From Solirubrobacterales bacterium (GTDB lineage Bacteria; Actinomycetota; Thermoleophilia; Solirubrobacterales; Solirubrobacteraceae), in contig JBBPZE010000060.1 of NCBI GenBank assembly GCA_038199185.1, forward strand, positions 5,066 to 69,065: a stretch of 64,000 bases of DNA, read 5' to 3'. The notes beneath the pieces were generated by a model, which did not search any database, was not told the DNA's origin, and saw only the letters and a list, made by a program, of their open reading frames with translations. The stretch's first letter is position 1; every line of letters begins with the position of its first letter. The position numbers were made by a program, and so were the translations under genes. Shown piece after piece: positions 8,016-16,198 of this stretch.

Positions 8016-9854
8016 ATGGTTCAGCTGAAGAGCGGGCTGATCGTGCCGAGCTACCTGGCGAGCCTCGGCCAGGAGCGGGCAGGTCCAGGGCTTCATCTCC
8101 CGCCCGCACGCATTCCCGACGACTCGCTGCTCGTGGTCGGCCAGCCACCAAGTGATCTCGACGCCTTCTTCGTAGCTCCTGACCCGGAAGCGCTCGGACA
8201 GCCGAACCCGAGCCTAGAAGCCATCTGTCGAACGCTGAGCGTGGTGCCCGTCGAGCCAGCCATGTTCGGTCTGGCCGGTATCGCCGCGGCGACGTGGCAT
8301 GCCGGCACCGACCAGGCCAAGCACCTCAAGCTGGCCGAGGAGATCTTCGTCGGGCGCCCGGTTCTGGATCTGCTCCGGGAGTTCGTCAAGGAGGACCGCA
8401 ACCACGTCCTTTTCAACGAGCAGCACCTGACAATCCTGACCCGTCTACTGCTCATCCACGGTGCCGAGGGTGATGCCAAGGTCGACATGACTGGTGAGCA
8501 GGTCAATGCGCTGCTGACGGCGATGCTCGCGGTCGGCGGCTTGACTGCCAGACACGCCGACCCGGAGGCCAGCGGCGAGAAGCCGATGGGGTGGGTCCCG
8601 TGGATGGTGCGTTCGGGCCTCTACTTCGATCGATCGAACTTGGGCAGCGATCAGGCACGCGCTCGTGCGTTGTTCGTCGATGTGGCGGCGGGCGCCGATC
8701 CGTCAGGAGCGCACTGGTGCGACGTCGGCGCCTGGGCGGCCGAGGATCTGGCGCCGGTCGAGCGCCAGTTCGGCTACGGCTTCTCCATGGGCGCGTTTTC
8801 GAAGGCTCTCTTCCCCGACGTCGAGACGACGGACCGCTTCGTGGGGATCGTCGCCGATGGCCTGCTCGCCGACAACATGGGCGCCGCCCAGGTCGAGCGG
8901 CTGGTGAGCGCGAGCAGCTCGACGCGCCAGGAGTACATCGATGCATTCGCCGAAAACGACGACGTCGACCACCTTCTTTGGGACCGGACGCCGTTCGAGC
9001 GCAGGCCGTTCTTCCGTGTCGGTGACGGGCGGCTCCTGTTGCTCAGCCCTCGCTTCCTCCACAGCTGGATGGGCGAGGGGATCTACTACCGCCTGCTCGA
9101 CGCCGCCATGAGCCGCCCCGATCCTCGACGGCCAGAGCGCAAGGCCACCCTGAGGTTCACCCAGTTCCAGGGTGAACTCATGGAGAGCTATCTCCAGCGG
9201 CTCACCGAGCGGTCCCATGCCGAACAGCTCCGCGCCGGCATCGTCGACATCAACGGCGAGCAGCAGTATGTCGGCGAGCAGGGCAGCGAACGGAAGAGCC
9301 CGGACCTTACCCTGGGATTTGCAACGGACCTCGTGGCGATCGAGATCACCGGCGGACGACCGTCTCGCCGCACCCGGGTTCTGTCAGACCCTTCGCTGAT
9401 CGAGAAGGAACTTGACGACCGTGTGATCGGCAAGCTGCAAGAGCTCGACAGGGCGCTCGTCGATGTCCTTGACGGCACTGCCCGCGTCCCCGATCTCCGG
9501 CTGAATCTTGTCGAGCGTGTGTGGCCCGTCTTGATCGTCCCGGCGACGATCGTGCAGAGCGACCACGTCTGGGGCTACATCGAGGGAAAGGCACCAGATC
9601 TCTTCACGCACCACCCGGCGCTGCAGCCCCCGACGCTGTTCTCCATCGAAGACTTCGAACGTGCGTTGGCCGCCGTGGAGGCTGGTGCCGGGCTGCACGC
9701 GGTTCTCGGCACTCGCCTGGGTTCCGTGTATCGGCGGATGCCGCCCTCTCATTTCTTCGAAAGACACTTCCAGAGCGATTCGCGGCCGGCCTACCTCGAA
9801 GAACAGCTGGCGCTGGTCGCGGACGAGGCCAAGGCGGCACTGTCGCTGCTCTGA
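8016..9854 (+). CDS. Hypothetical 612-aa protein with no family recognised. The start is uncertain: ATG 8016, or downstream GTG/ATG up to about 8262.
   Basis: Long ORF with coding-like composition from about 8016 onward. The upstream part of the track ORF (7566-8015) is Arg-rich and overlaps the preceding gene. A weak PD-(D/E)xK-like string KSPDLTLGFATDLVAIEITGG lies at about nt 9296-9355. Confidence 0.6.
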   Translation: MVQLKSGLIVPSYLASLGQERAGPGLHLPPARIPDDSLLVVGQPPSDLDAFFVAPDPEALGQPNPSLEAICRTLSVVPVEPAMFGLAGIAAATWHAGTDQAKHLKLAEEIFVGRPVLDLLREFVKEDRNHVLFNEQHLTILTRLLLIHGAEGDAKVDMTGEQVNALLTAMLAVGGLTARHADPEASGEKPMGWVPWMVRSGLYFDRSNLGSDQARARALFVDVAAGADPSGAHWCDVGAWAAEDLAPVERQFGYGFSMGAFSKALFPDVETTDRFVGIVADGLLADNMGAAQVERLVSASSSTRQEYIDAFAENDDVDHLLWDRTPFERRPFFRVGDGRLLLLSPRFLHSWMGEGIYYRLLDAAMSRPDPRRPERKATLRFTQFQGELMESYLQRLTERSHAEQLRAGIVDINGEQQYVGEQGSERKSPDLTLGFATDLVAIEITGGRPSRRTRVLSDPSLIEKELDDRVIGKLQELDRALVDVLDGTARVPDLRLNLVERVWPVLIVPATIVQSDHVWGYIEGKAPDLFTHHPALQPPTLFSIEDFERALAAVEAGAGLHAVLGTRLGSVYRRMPPSHFFERHFQSDSRPAYLEEQLALVADEAKAALSLL

Positions 9855-10292
9855 ACGTGTCACCGGCACGCGAGCGGTCGCCAGTCGATGCAGCCGGGGC
9901 AGCTCGGACGGCCTCCGATTCCGCCACCGCGAACGCCCGTGGCGGATCCCGGATGTTGAGCCCATGAGCGAAGGCTCGGTACGCAGGATCCAGCGACGCG
10001 TGTGGTCAGGCACGCCGTTGCGGAGGTTGCGCGCATAGGAGGTGCTGCTGTTCGCGGCCAGCGAGACCGGGCTCACGCAGATCGACGACGTGATTGCTCT
10101 CGTCGCGGCTCGACCCAGGGTGGCTTCCGGCGGCGCTCGCGCAGTTCGGGCTGCCCTCGCGAGGTGACATCCTGGAGGTGCCCCCAGGGCAAGGCCACGT
10201 CGAGCGAAACACAGGGGCCTACCTCTCATCACCAGCGCAACGACGACGCGACCATGAGCCGCAACCCGGCCAATCCCGAAGGAGAGAGCCCC

Positions 10293-13200
10293 ATGACCGG
10301 CTTGGGCGAGTACGCAGCGGGCAAGAGCATCGGCTGGGGCATCAAGTTGATGACCTACGGGGTCCGGGAGCTCCTCAAGCGCGACGCGCTCGGCCGCCTG
10401 TTGCTAATGCTGCATTCCGAGTTCGGCGAGCGCACACAGCTCGGGCGAGACGTGTTCGACAGCTGGCGCGCACGGCCGGACCTGGAGGCGGCGCTCTGCG
10501 CCGTGCTCGCCGGGCAGGCGCCGGAAGCCGCGTTCAAGAGTTCACTGACCGCGCTGATCTCCGAGCGTCTCGTTCGCACAGACCCGCCGGACCGGGCGGC
10601 ACTGGCGGCCGAGATCGCAGACGCGGTGTTCGAGGCCGCTCCAGCCGCCGCCGACGGCGGCAACCAAGCCCTGGCCATGATGCTCGTCCGCATCGAGCAG
10701 GGGCAGGGCAGCCTCATGGAAGCCATCGAGAAGGCCTCGCTGTCGGGGCCGCCGGCTCCCACCGACGGGGGCCCGGCCGACGGCCCGAACCTCGCCCAGG
10801 CCCTGGTTGTCGGGCCGGTGAAGGCGGTCGGGGCCGTCGACGCGGTCGCTGATGCCGAACGACTTGCCGAGGGAGGCGACCAGCTCGCCGCAGGGCGCGC
10901 GCTGATCGATGTTTCCCGTCGCCTCGCCGAGCGCGACCTGACCTATGCTGCCGAGAACCTCCGTGAGCGCGCCGCCGCCCACCTCGCCGCCGGCGGCGCG
11001 ATCGACGACGCCGCCGCCGTGCTGATGGAGATCGCGTTGGCCCGCATCGACCGGGGCGCATCACGCTCCGGCGCGATGCTCGTCCACGCGGTACGTGATC
11101 TTCTCGATCCGAGTGAGGTCTGGCTGGCGGACGGGATCGCGGCCCGGGCTGGCTGGGCCGAACAGGGCGAGGCGGCTGTCGAGGCACTTTCCGCAGCCGC
11201 GCTGGCCGCAACGTCCGCTGGCCGCGACGACTCCACGTACTGGGTCGCTGCGCATGTCGAGCTCCTTGCGGTCGACGAGCGCTGGCCGGATGTCGTCGAG
11301 GCCGCAGGCGCCGTGGCCGACGCCGACCCAGAGGAAGGGCCGGTCCTCGCTGTCATCCTCGACGTGTTCGACGCTCGCGAGGCGATCGACGGTGCCGATT
11401 CGACCGAGAAACGCTGGTTGGGTCTGTTGCGCTGGGCCGACGCGGAAGCGCCGCCGCGGGCACAGGCCGTCGTCTGGCAGCGCCGGGGCACCGTCCTTGC
11501 TCGGCGGGAGAAGGTGGCGCAGGCGTCCGACGCTTTCCGGCGCGCGATGGCGGCGTGGGCTGGCATCCCGGGCCATGAGGAGCAGGCAGCTGACGCGTTC
11601 TTCTGCCTCCAGGCGACCGCCATCATCAACGCCAAGCCGATTCCCGACATGGAGTTGCGAGCCCTCGCCTGGACCGTTCGCGGTGCCGCCGGGACGCCCG
11701 TAGCCGTCACCGACCGGCTCGACCGCGACGCGATGGCCCGCCGCTTGAACAAGCAGCTTCCGGACGCCCGGGTCGGCTACATGGAGGCCTACCTGATCAA
11801 CCGCAGGGTCGGGAGCCTTCAGGGGTGCCTGGAGACTTCGGAGCGCTTGGCCGAGCTCTACCAGCACGCGGGCGAGCTCGGGGAGGCGCTGACCTTTTTC
11901 ATCCGTGCCGGCAAGGGCAAGGAGGCCGCCCAGGTCGCCGCCCAGATGCCGGGCGATGCGGTCACCGCACGGCTCAGCGTCAGCGGCCCCCGGTGGGAGC
12001 GCGCGGCGGCCCTGCATGTGATCGCGGAGTGCGGCCGGGGCCTGCCGTCGGAGTTCGTCGCCTTGATGACGCAGAGCCTGCTCGACGAGGCCGCGGGTGA
12101 GCCTGACGCGATGGTGGCGCCCCAGCCGGTGTCGGCGGCGCGGCGCGCGCTGGCCACGGTGTTCCTGTCGGTGCCAGAGGAGATGCGGGACGAGGTTTTC
12201 GGACGGCTCGTCGAGTACCTGACCTGCGGTCTGTTTGATCTCATGCACCACAGCGCCCGCGCACTGGTCCTGGCGACGCGCGCCGGAATCGTTGACGCCC
12301 GGCCTCAGCTGGTTGCCCGTTTCATCGAGGATCCGTACAACAGCTCGATCAGTTGGGCGTGGCTGGCCCGCGAGGCCGAGAAGCACGAGTCGGTTCGCGA
12401 CGCACTGCTCGCCGCGGCCCGCGACGGCAAGGACGCGATGCTCGAACCCCTTGCTGCGGCGGGCCTCATCGGCAACGGCGAGCTGCAGGACCGCGTCGAT
12501 GCGGTGACGATTGCGACGTCGCAGGTGGTGACTGTCGAGCGCACGATCGACGAGGAGACCGGCAAGACGAACATCTCGGCGGGCTTCGGGTTCTCGTTCG
12601 AGGGCCCCGCGGTCGTCGCCCGAGGCGCGAGCGCTGAGCCGCGCGCGGCATTGGTCGCCCGAATGCTCGAAGTCCTCACCAGCACCGAAGAGCCGGAGCT
12701 CAATCGTTCGGGCGCTGCGGGCGCACTGTTCAACATCGCCCCGTCGCTGGAGCTGCAGCAGGCCCAGGAAGTCGCTGCGGCCATCACGCCGCTTGCGCTC
12801 GGCGAGTACGAGCGCTCGCAGCTGGACGTCGAGCAGAACCACCCGCTGTCGCGAGTACAGATCAGCTTCGGGGCGCCCAACCAGCTGCGGGTCTCGGCGA
12901 TCGGAACGCTCGCCCAGCTCGTGTCCAATCACTCCGAGCTCGACGTCGAGCCTCTGCGGGAGGCGGTCACCGGCGCTGTTCGCACGAACGTGGGCTCGGT
13001 GGTCGGCGCCGCGTTCGACGCCGCCGCCCGGCTGCCGCTGGTCGACTTCGGCATCGACCCCGAGGACGGGTTCTTCCACCCGGACTCGGCCGTGCGGATC
13101 CACGCGCTCGTCGCGTGGGCGGCACGCAGCGAGGGACTGCCCGCGGACGGGTTGGTCGAGCGACTCGCCACCGACGCCGACATCAATGTGCGGCTGCAGC

Positions 13201-13337
13201 TGACCGCCATGGCCGGGCACGCCGGGGAGGCTGGCGCGGCGCTGCTCGAACGTCTCGCCCGGGGCGATGCCGATGCGTTCGTGCGTGCCAAGTCGGTGTT
13301 CTGGCTGCGCCAAGGCGCAGATCACGCGGCCGAATGA
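10293..13337 (+). CDS. Large (1014-aa) Ala/Leu-rich alpha-helical repeat protein (TPR/HEAT-like). Function unknown.
   Basis: The ATG at 10293 is preceded by gaaggagag (SD) 8 nt upstream. C-terminal HEAT-like units are DSAVRIHALVAWAARS, DADINVRLQLTAMAGH and DADAFVRAKSVFWL. The track start at 10002 adds an Arg-rich, non-coding-like leader. Confidence 0.7.
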   Translation: MTGLGEYAAGKSIGWGIKLMTYGVRELLKRDALGRLLLMLHSEFGERTQLGRDVFDSWRARPDLEAALCAVLAGQAPEAAFKSSLTALISERLVRTDPPDRAALAAEIADAVFEAAPAAADGGNQALAMMLVRIEQGQGSLMEAIEKASLSGPPAPTDGGPADGPNLAQALVVGPVKAVGAVDAVADAERLAEGGDQLAAGRALIDVSRRLAERDLTYAAENLRERAAAHLAAGGAIDDAAAVLMEIALARIDRGASRSGAMLVHAVRDLLDPSEVWLADGIAARAGWAEQGEAAVEALSAAALAATSAGRDDSTYWVAAHVELLAVDERWPDVVEAAGAVADADPEEGPVLAVILDVFDAREAIDGADSTEKRWLGLLRWADAEAPPRAQAVVWQRRGTVLARREKVAQASDAFRRAMAAWAGIPGHEEQAADAFFCLQATAIINAKPIPDMELRALAWTVRGAAGTPVAVTDRLDRDAMARRLNKQLPDARVGYMEAYLINRRVGSLQGCLETSERLAELYQHAGELGEALTFFIRAGKGKEAAQVAAQMPGDAVTARLSVSGPRWERAAALHVIAECGRGLPSEFVALMTQSLLDEAAGEPDAMVAPQPVSAARRALATVFLSVPEEMRDEVFGRLVEYLTCGLFDLMHHSARALVLATRAGIVDARPQLVARFIEDPYNSSISWAWLAREAEKHESVRDALLAAARDGKDAMLEPLAAAGLIGNGELQDRVDAVTIATSQVVTVERTIDEETGKTNISAGFGFSFEGPAVVARGASAEPRAALVARMLEVLTSTEEPELNRSGAAGALFNIAPSLELQQAQEVAAAITPLALGEYERSQLDVEQNHPLSRVQISFGAPNQLRVSAIGTLAQLVSNHSELDVEPLREAVTGAVRTNVGSVVGAAFDAAARLPLVDFGIDPEDGFFHPDSAVRIHALVAWAARSEGLPADGLVERLATDADINVRLQLTAMAGHAGEAGAALLERLARGDADAFVRAKSVFWLRQGADHAAE

Positions 13338-14569
13338 GCACGCCCCTGATCCAGACGCGGCTGGAAGCCGGCGAGACGGTCACCGGAATGTTCGCCCCGG
13401 CCGGAGCCGACTTCGCCACCCCCGGCGTCCTCACTTGGTCGGCCCCCGGCGGGGCGCTGCTCGAACTCGCCGGCCGCGACGACCCTTGGCCGAGCGACAC
13501 CGAGACCGGGTTCACCGTGCACGGAACCCCGCACGAGGGCGACCTGGTGACGCTGTTGGACTGCGGGATCCGTCGCTGGAGGTTCCACGACACCGTCTCG
13601 CATCTCTCCAGCTCGACGTTTGCCATCGGCGAACACACCGACAACGCCGAGCCCTGGGCCAAAGCCAACTTCCGTCCCGTGCTGCTGCATCAGTGGCTGC
13701 CGGAGACCGGATTGTCGCTGGACCGCGGCGAGAACGAAGACGACCACGACTCCTTCGCTCTGAACTACAACCGGCCGTCGAGGCGGGTCATCGAGTTCGA
13801 TGACGACGAAGTCGCGATCTGGGCCGGCGCCGATTACACGTGGGCCTACTCGCCGGATTGGGGCATCAAGACCACGCTGACCTTCGGCGTTACGCCGGAG
13901 GACGCGCTTTCGATGAACGGCCATTACGCGCGGTTCGGCCATCCGCTGCTGGGCTTCTGCGTGTTCGCCGCCGATGAGGCCGACGATCTCCTGCTGGAGT
14001 CCTACTTCAACCCGTCAGACAGACGCCGCGTGGCCGTCCTTCGCGCAGGGCGCCGCCCTTCGCGGCGGCAGTGGAGACCCCGAGACGAACGCTTTCTGTT
14101 CCGTGCCGAGCACGTCGCCGACGTTCCGGGAACGATCCGCCGCTGGGTCGACGTGTGGCATGCCAGCTCGCCGGCTCTCGGCCTATACATGGAGACGATC
14201 GCTGAGAGCACCTACTCAGCGCCCAGGTTCCTGACGCTCTACACCGCTGCCGAGACGTATTACAGGCGGCTGCACGCCCACCGCGGGCCGTGGAGCCCGC
14301 GCGCCTTCGCCGAGCTGGCCGACCTCGATCCCGCGCTGACGGGCGCGACGCAAAACGCCGTTGCGACGATCGGCCAGCTGCGGGCCTATCATGCGCACGG
14401 GAACGCGATCGGCCCGGGCAACGGCGACGACGAGCACCTGCTCACATTCGACGCCACCCGCCGGCTTCAGGCACTTTTTCAGGTGTGCGTCATGCGTGAC
14501 ATCGGCATCGACACCGCCACGATCGAAGAGCGCATGAAACTTCACTACCGGGCGTGGCCGCTTCCCTGA
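13334..14569 (+). CDS. ApeA-like protein: beta-rich N-terminal domain plus a C-terminal HEPN-like domain (putative RNase effector).
   Basis: The ATG at 13334 overlaps the upstream stop (ATGA). The N-terminus reads GMFAPAGADFATPGVLTWSAPGGALLELAG. An R-x4-H motif occurs in LRAYHAHGN (nt 14381-14398) and a second in RRLHAH. The assignment comes from recalled ApeA_NTD/HEPN_Apea patterns, not from a search. Confidence 0.5.
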   Translation: MSTPLIQTRLEAGETVTGMFAPAGADFATPGVLTWSAPGGALLELAGRDDPWPSDTETGFTVHGTPHEGDLVTLLDCGIRRWRFHDTVSHLSSSTFAIGEHTDNAEPWAKANFRPVLLHQWLPETGLSLDRGENEDDHDSFALNYNRPSRRVIEFDDDEVAIWAGADYTWAYSPDWGIKTTLTFGVTPEDALSMNGHYARFGHPLLGFCVFAADEADDLLLESYFNPSDRRRVAVLRAGRRPSRRQWRPRDERFLFRAEHVADVPGTIRRWVDVWHASSPALGLYMETIAESTYSAPRFLTLYTAAETYYRRLHAHRGPWSPRAFAELADLDPALTGATQNAVATIGQLRAYHAHGNAIGPGNGDDEHLLTFDATRRLQALFQVCVMRDIGIDTATIEERMKLHYRAWPLP

Positions 14570-14904
14570 GAATCGAGCACGGTCGGTGGGATGGCGAGGT
14601 GGACGCCTTCTGCGGCGTCGGGCCGGTGCCCAGCCGGTGTCGATGGCGGCCACGCATAGGGCAGAGCACGGACCGCCGGAAGTCTCCGGTCATGTCTTCC
14701 TCCTGAAGCCCATAGCCCGACGATGCGTGTGGCGCTTCGGCTTGGGCCCTATGTGCTCGCTCCCGCTTTGGATAAGCAGCACCGATCGGCGCGACGCGAA
14801 CGGTGTTGACGACATCGACGGCCGCGACGGGAGACGCCAGTCTGGTACTCGCCGCTGGTACTCGAGGCGTATCGTGGCCTCCGATGGGCAACCCCACAAA
14901 CACC

Positions 14905-14930
14905 GAAGGCCCCGCAATAGCAGGGCCTTC
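14905..14930 (-). terminator. Stem-loop immediately 3' of tRNA-Asp.
   Basis: gaaggccc (14905-14912) pairs with gggccttc (14923-14930), leaving a 10-nt loop. Confidence 0.4.
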
Positions 14931-14936
14931 GTGGGA

Positions 14937-15010
14937 CGGGAGCGACGGGACTCGAACCCGCGACCTCCGGCGTGACAGGCCGGCGCTCTAACCGACTGAG
15001 CTACGCCCCC
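14937..15010 (-). tRNA. tRNA-Asp (anticodon GUC).
   Basis: The reverse complement is GGGGGCGTAGCTCAGTCGGTTAGAGCGCCGGCCTGTCACGCCGGAGGTCGCGGGTTCGAGTCCCGTCGCTCCCG. It folds as a cloverleaf with anticodon loop CTGTCAC. Confidence 0.95.
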
Positions 15011-15118
15011 GTAGGCGACGGCGCACAGTAAAGCAACATCACCGCGCGCAACTCCCCAGGAGCGCCAGGGTTCCAGGAGCCGGAAACGGCACCCGACCTC
15101 TATCAAGGGAGCAGGACC

Positions 15119-16093
15119 ATGAAGGCCACACGCAGAGCGCCGGCAGCGGTCATGACCGCACTGGCAGGACTGGCGGCCACGGCCGCCATCGCCACCGCCG
15201 CGACGATCACCGGCACGCCGGCCGCCGAACGTCTCGTGGGCACGCCTAACGTGGACAACATCGACGCGCTGGCCGGTGACGACCGCGTGCTCGCCAGGGC
15301 CGGCGATGACGTGGTCACGCTCGGCGCGGGCGACGACCGCGCCTTCGGAGGCCTCGGGATCGACACGATCTCAGGCGACGCGGGCGACGACACCATCGCG
15401 GGCGGCGCAGGCAATGACGTGCTCGCCGGCGGTCCCGGCCACGACCGGCTGTTCGGCGGAGCCGGAGACGACACGATCAAGGGCCTGCAGGGCGGCGACC
15501 TCATCGTGGGCAACGCGGGCAACGACACGCTCGAGGGCGACGTGCCCGGTGCAGGCGACCTCGTGAGCCGCGACCGGATCTTCGGGGGCCGGGGCGACGA
15601 CACCGTCATCGGTGGCGACGGCCGTGACCGGCTGCACGGTGGTAGTGGCAACGACACCATGCGAGGCAACGCCGGACGCGACTTCATGTCCGGCGGCGCC
15701 GGCAACGACACGCAGTACGGGGGCGCCGGCAACGACCGCATCTTCGCCAACCAGGGCGTCGACACGACCATGGGCGGCGACGGCAACGACGACCTGTGGG
15801 CGCTGTCGCAGAAGGACGTCGCCCCGGGACCCGGGATCGACACGGTCGGCGACACGCTGATCGGGGAGGCGGGCAATGACACCTTCCACACCCGTGACGG
15901 TGAGATCGACCGCGTCGACTGCGGCGCCGGCAACGACGTCGCGCTGCTCGACAACGTCGACGTGATCATCGACGCGACCACCGAGAACCCCAACGGCTCG
16001 TGCGAGACGGTCATCCGCCGGGCGCCCTCGCCGGCCGACGCGCAGACCGAGGACGCGACGCAGACCCAGCCCGGCGACACCGCGCACGCCTGA
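15119..16093 (+). CDS. Secreted calcium-binding RTX/hemolysin-type repeat protein.
   Basis: Signal-like N-terminus MKATRRAPAAVMTALAGLAATAAIATA, followed by many GGxGxD nonapeptides (GGAGNDVLAGGPGHDRLFGGAGDDT and others). Confidence 0.85.
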   Translation: MKATRRAPAAVMTALAGLAATAAIATAATITGTPAAERLVGTPNVDNIDALAGDDRVLARAGDDVVTLGAGDDRAFGGLGIDTISGDAGDDTIAGGAGNDVLAGGPGHDRLFGGAGDDTIKGLQGGDLIVGNAGNDTLEGDVPGAGDLVSRDRIFGGRGDDTVIGGDGRDRLHGGSGNDTMRGNAGRDFMSGGAGNDTQYGGAGNDRIFANQGVDTTMGGDGNDDLWALSQKDVAPGPGIDTVGDTLIGEAGNDTFHTRDGEIDRVDCGAGNDVALLDNVDVIIDATTENPNGSCETVIRRAPSPADAQTEDATQTQPGDTAHA

Positions 16094-16110
16094 GTGGAAG
16101 GGCACTGACA

Positions 16111-16146
16111 GCGGCGGCGGCCAGGAGGTCCTCGGGTCGCCGCCGC
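16111..16146 (+). terminator. GC-rich hairpin downstream of the RTX gene.
   Basis: gcggcggcg (16111-16119) pairs with cgccgccgc (16138-16146). The loop contains an inner agga/tcct pairing. Confidence 0.4.
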
Positions 16147-16198
16147 CGTCGTTCCCGGGTCGCCGCCACGTCACGGCTGGCGACCCGCGCCGGTAGCC

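Larger units (their letters stand above)
1..14936. mobile_element. Partial integrative/conjugative-element-like genomic island abutting the 3' end of tRNA-Asp. The left end lies outside the window.
   Basis: Conjugation genes (T4CP, replication-relaxation) sit with defence-type cargo and end at a tRNA 3' end. No integrase and no att repeat are visible inside the window. Confidence 0.5.

Noticed and set aside
10305-10328. G-x4-GKS string (GEYAAGKS) at residues 5-12 of the HEAT/TPR-like protein. It looked like a Walker A motif that would make the protein a STAND-type NTPase.
   Set aside because: It lies at the extreme N-terminus, followed by IGWGIKLMTY, with no Walker B or NTPase-fold context. 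It is most likely a chance match.
14570-14936. A search for a tyrosine or serine recombinase next to tRNA-Asp, and for a duplicated tRNA 3' segment (att) within the island.
   Set aside because: No frame shows recombinase motifs, and I found no second copy of the tRNA-Asp 3' end in the window. The mobile-element call therefore stays at moderate confidence.
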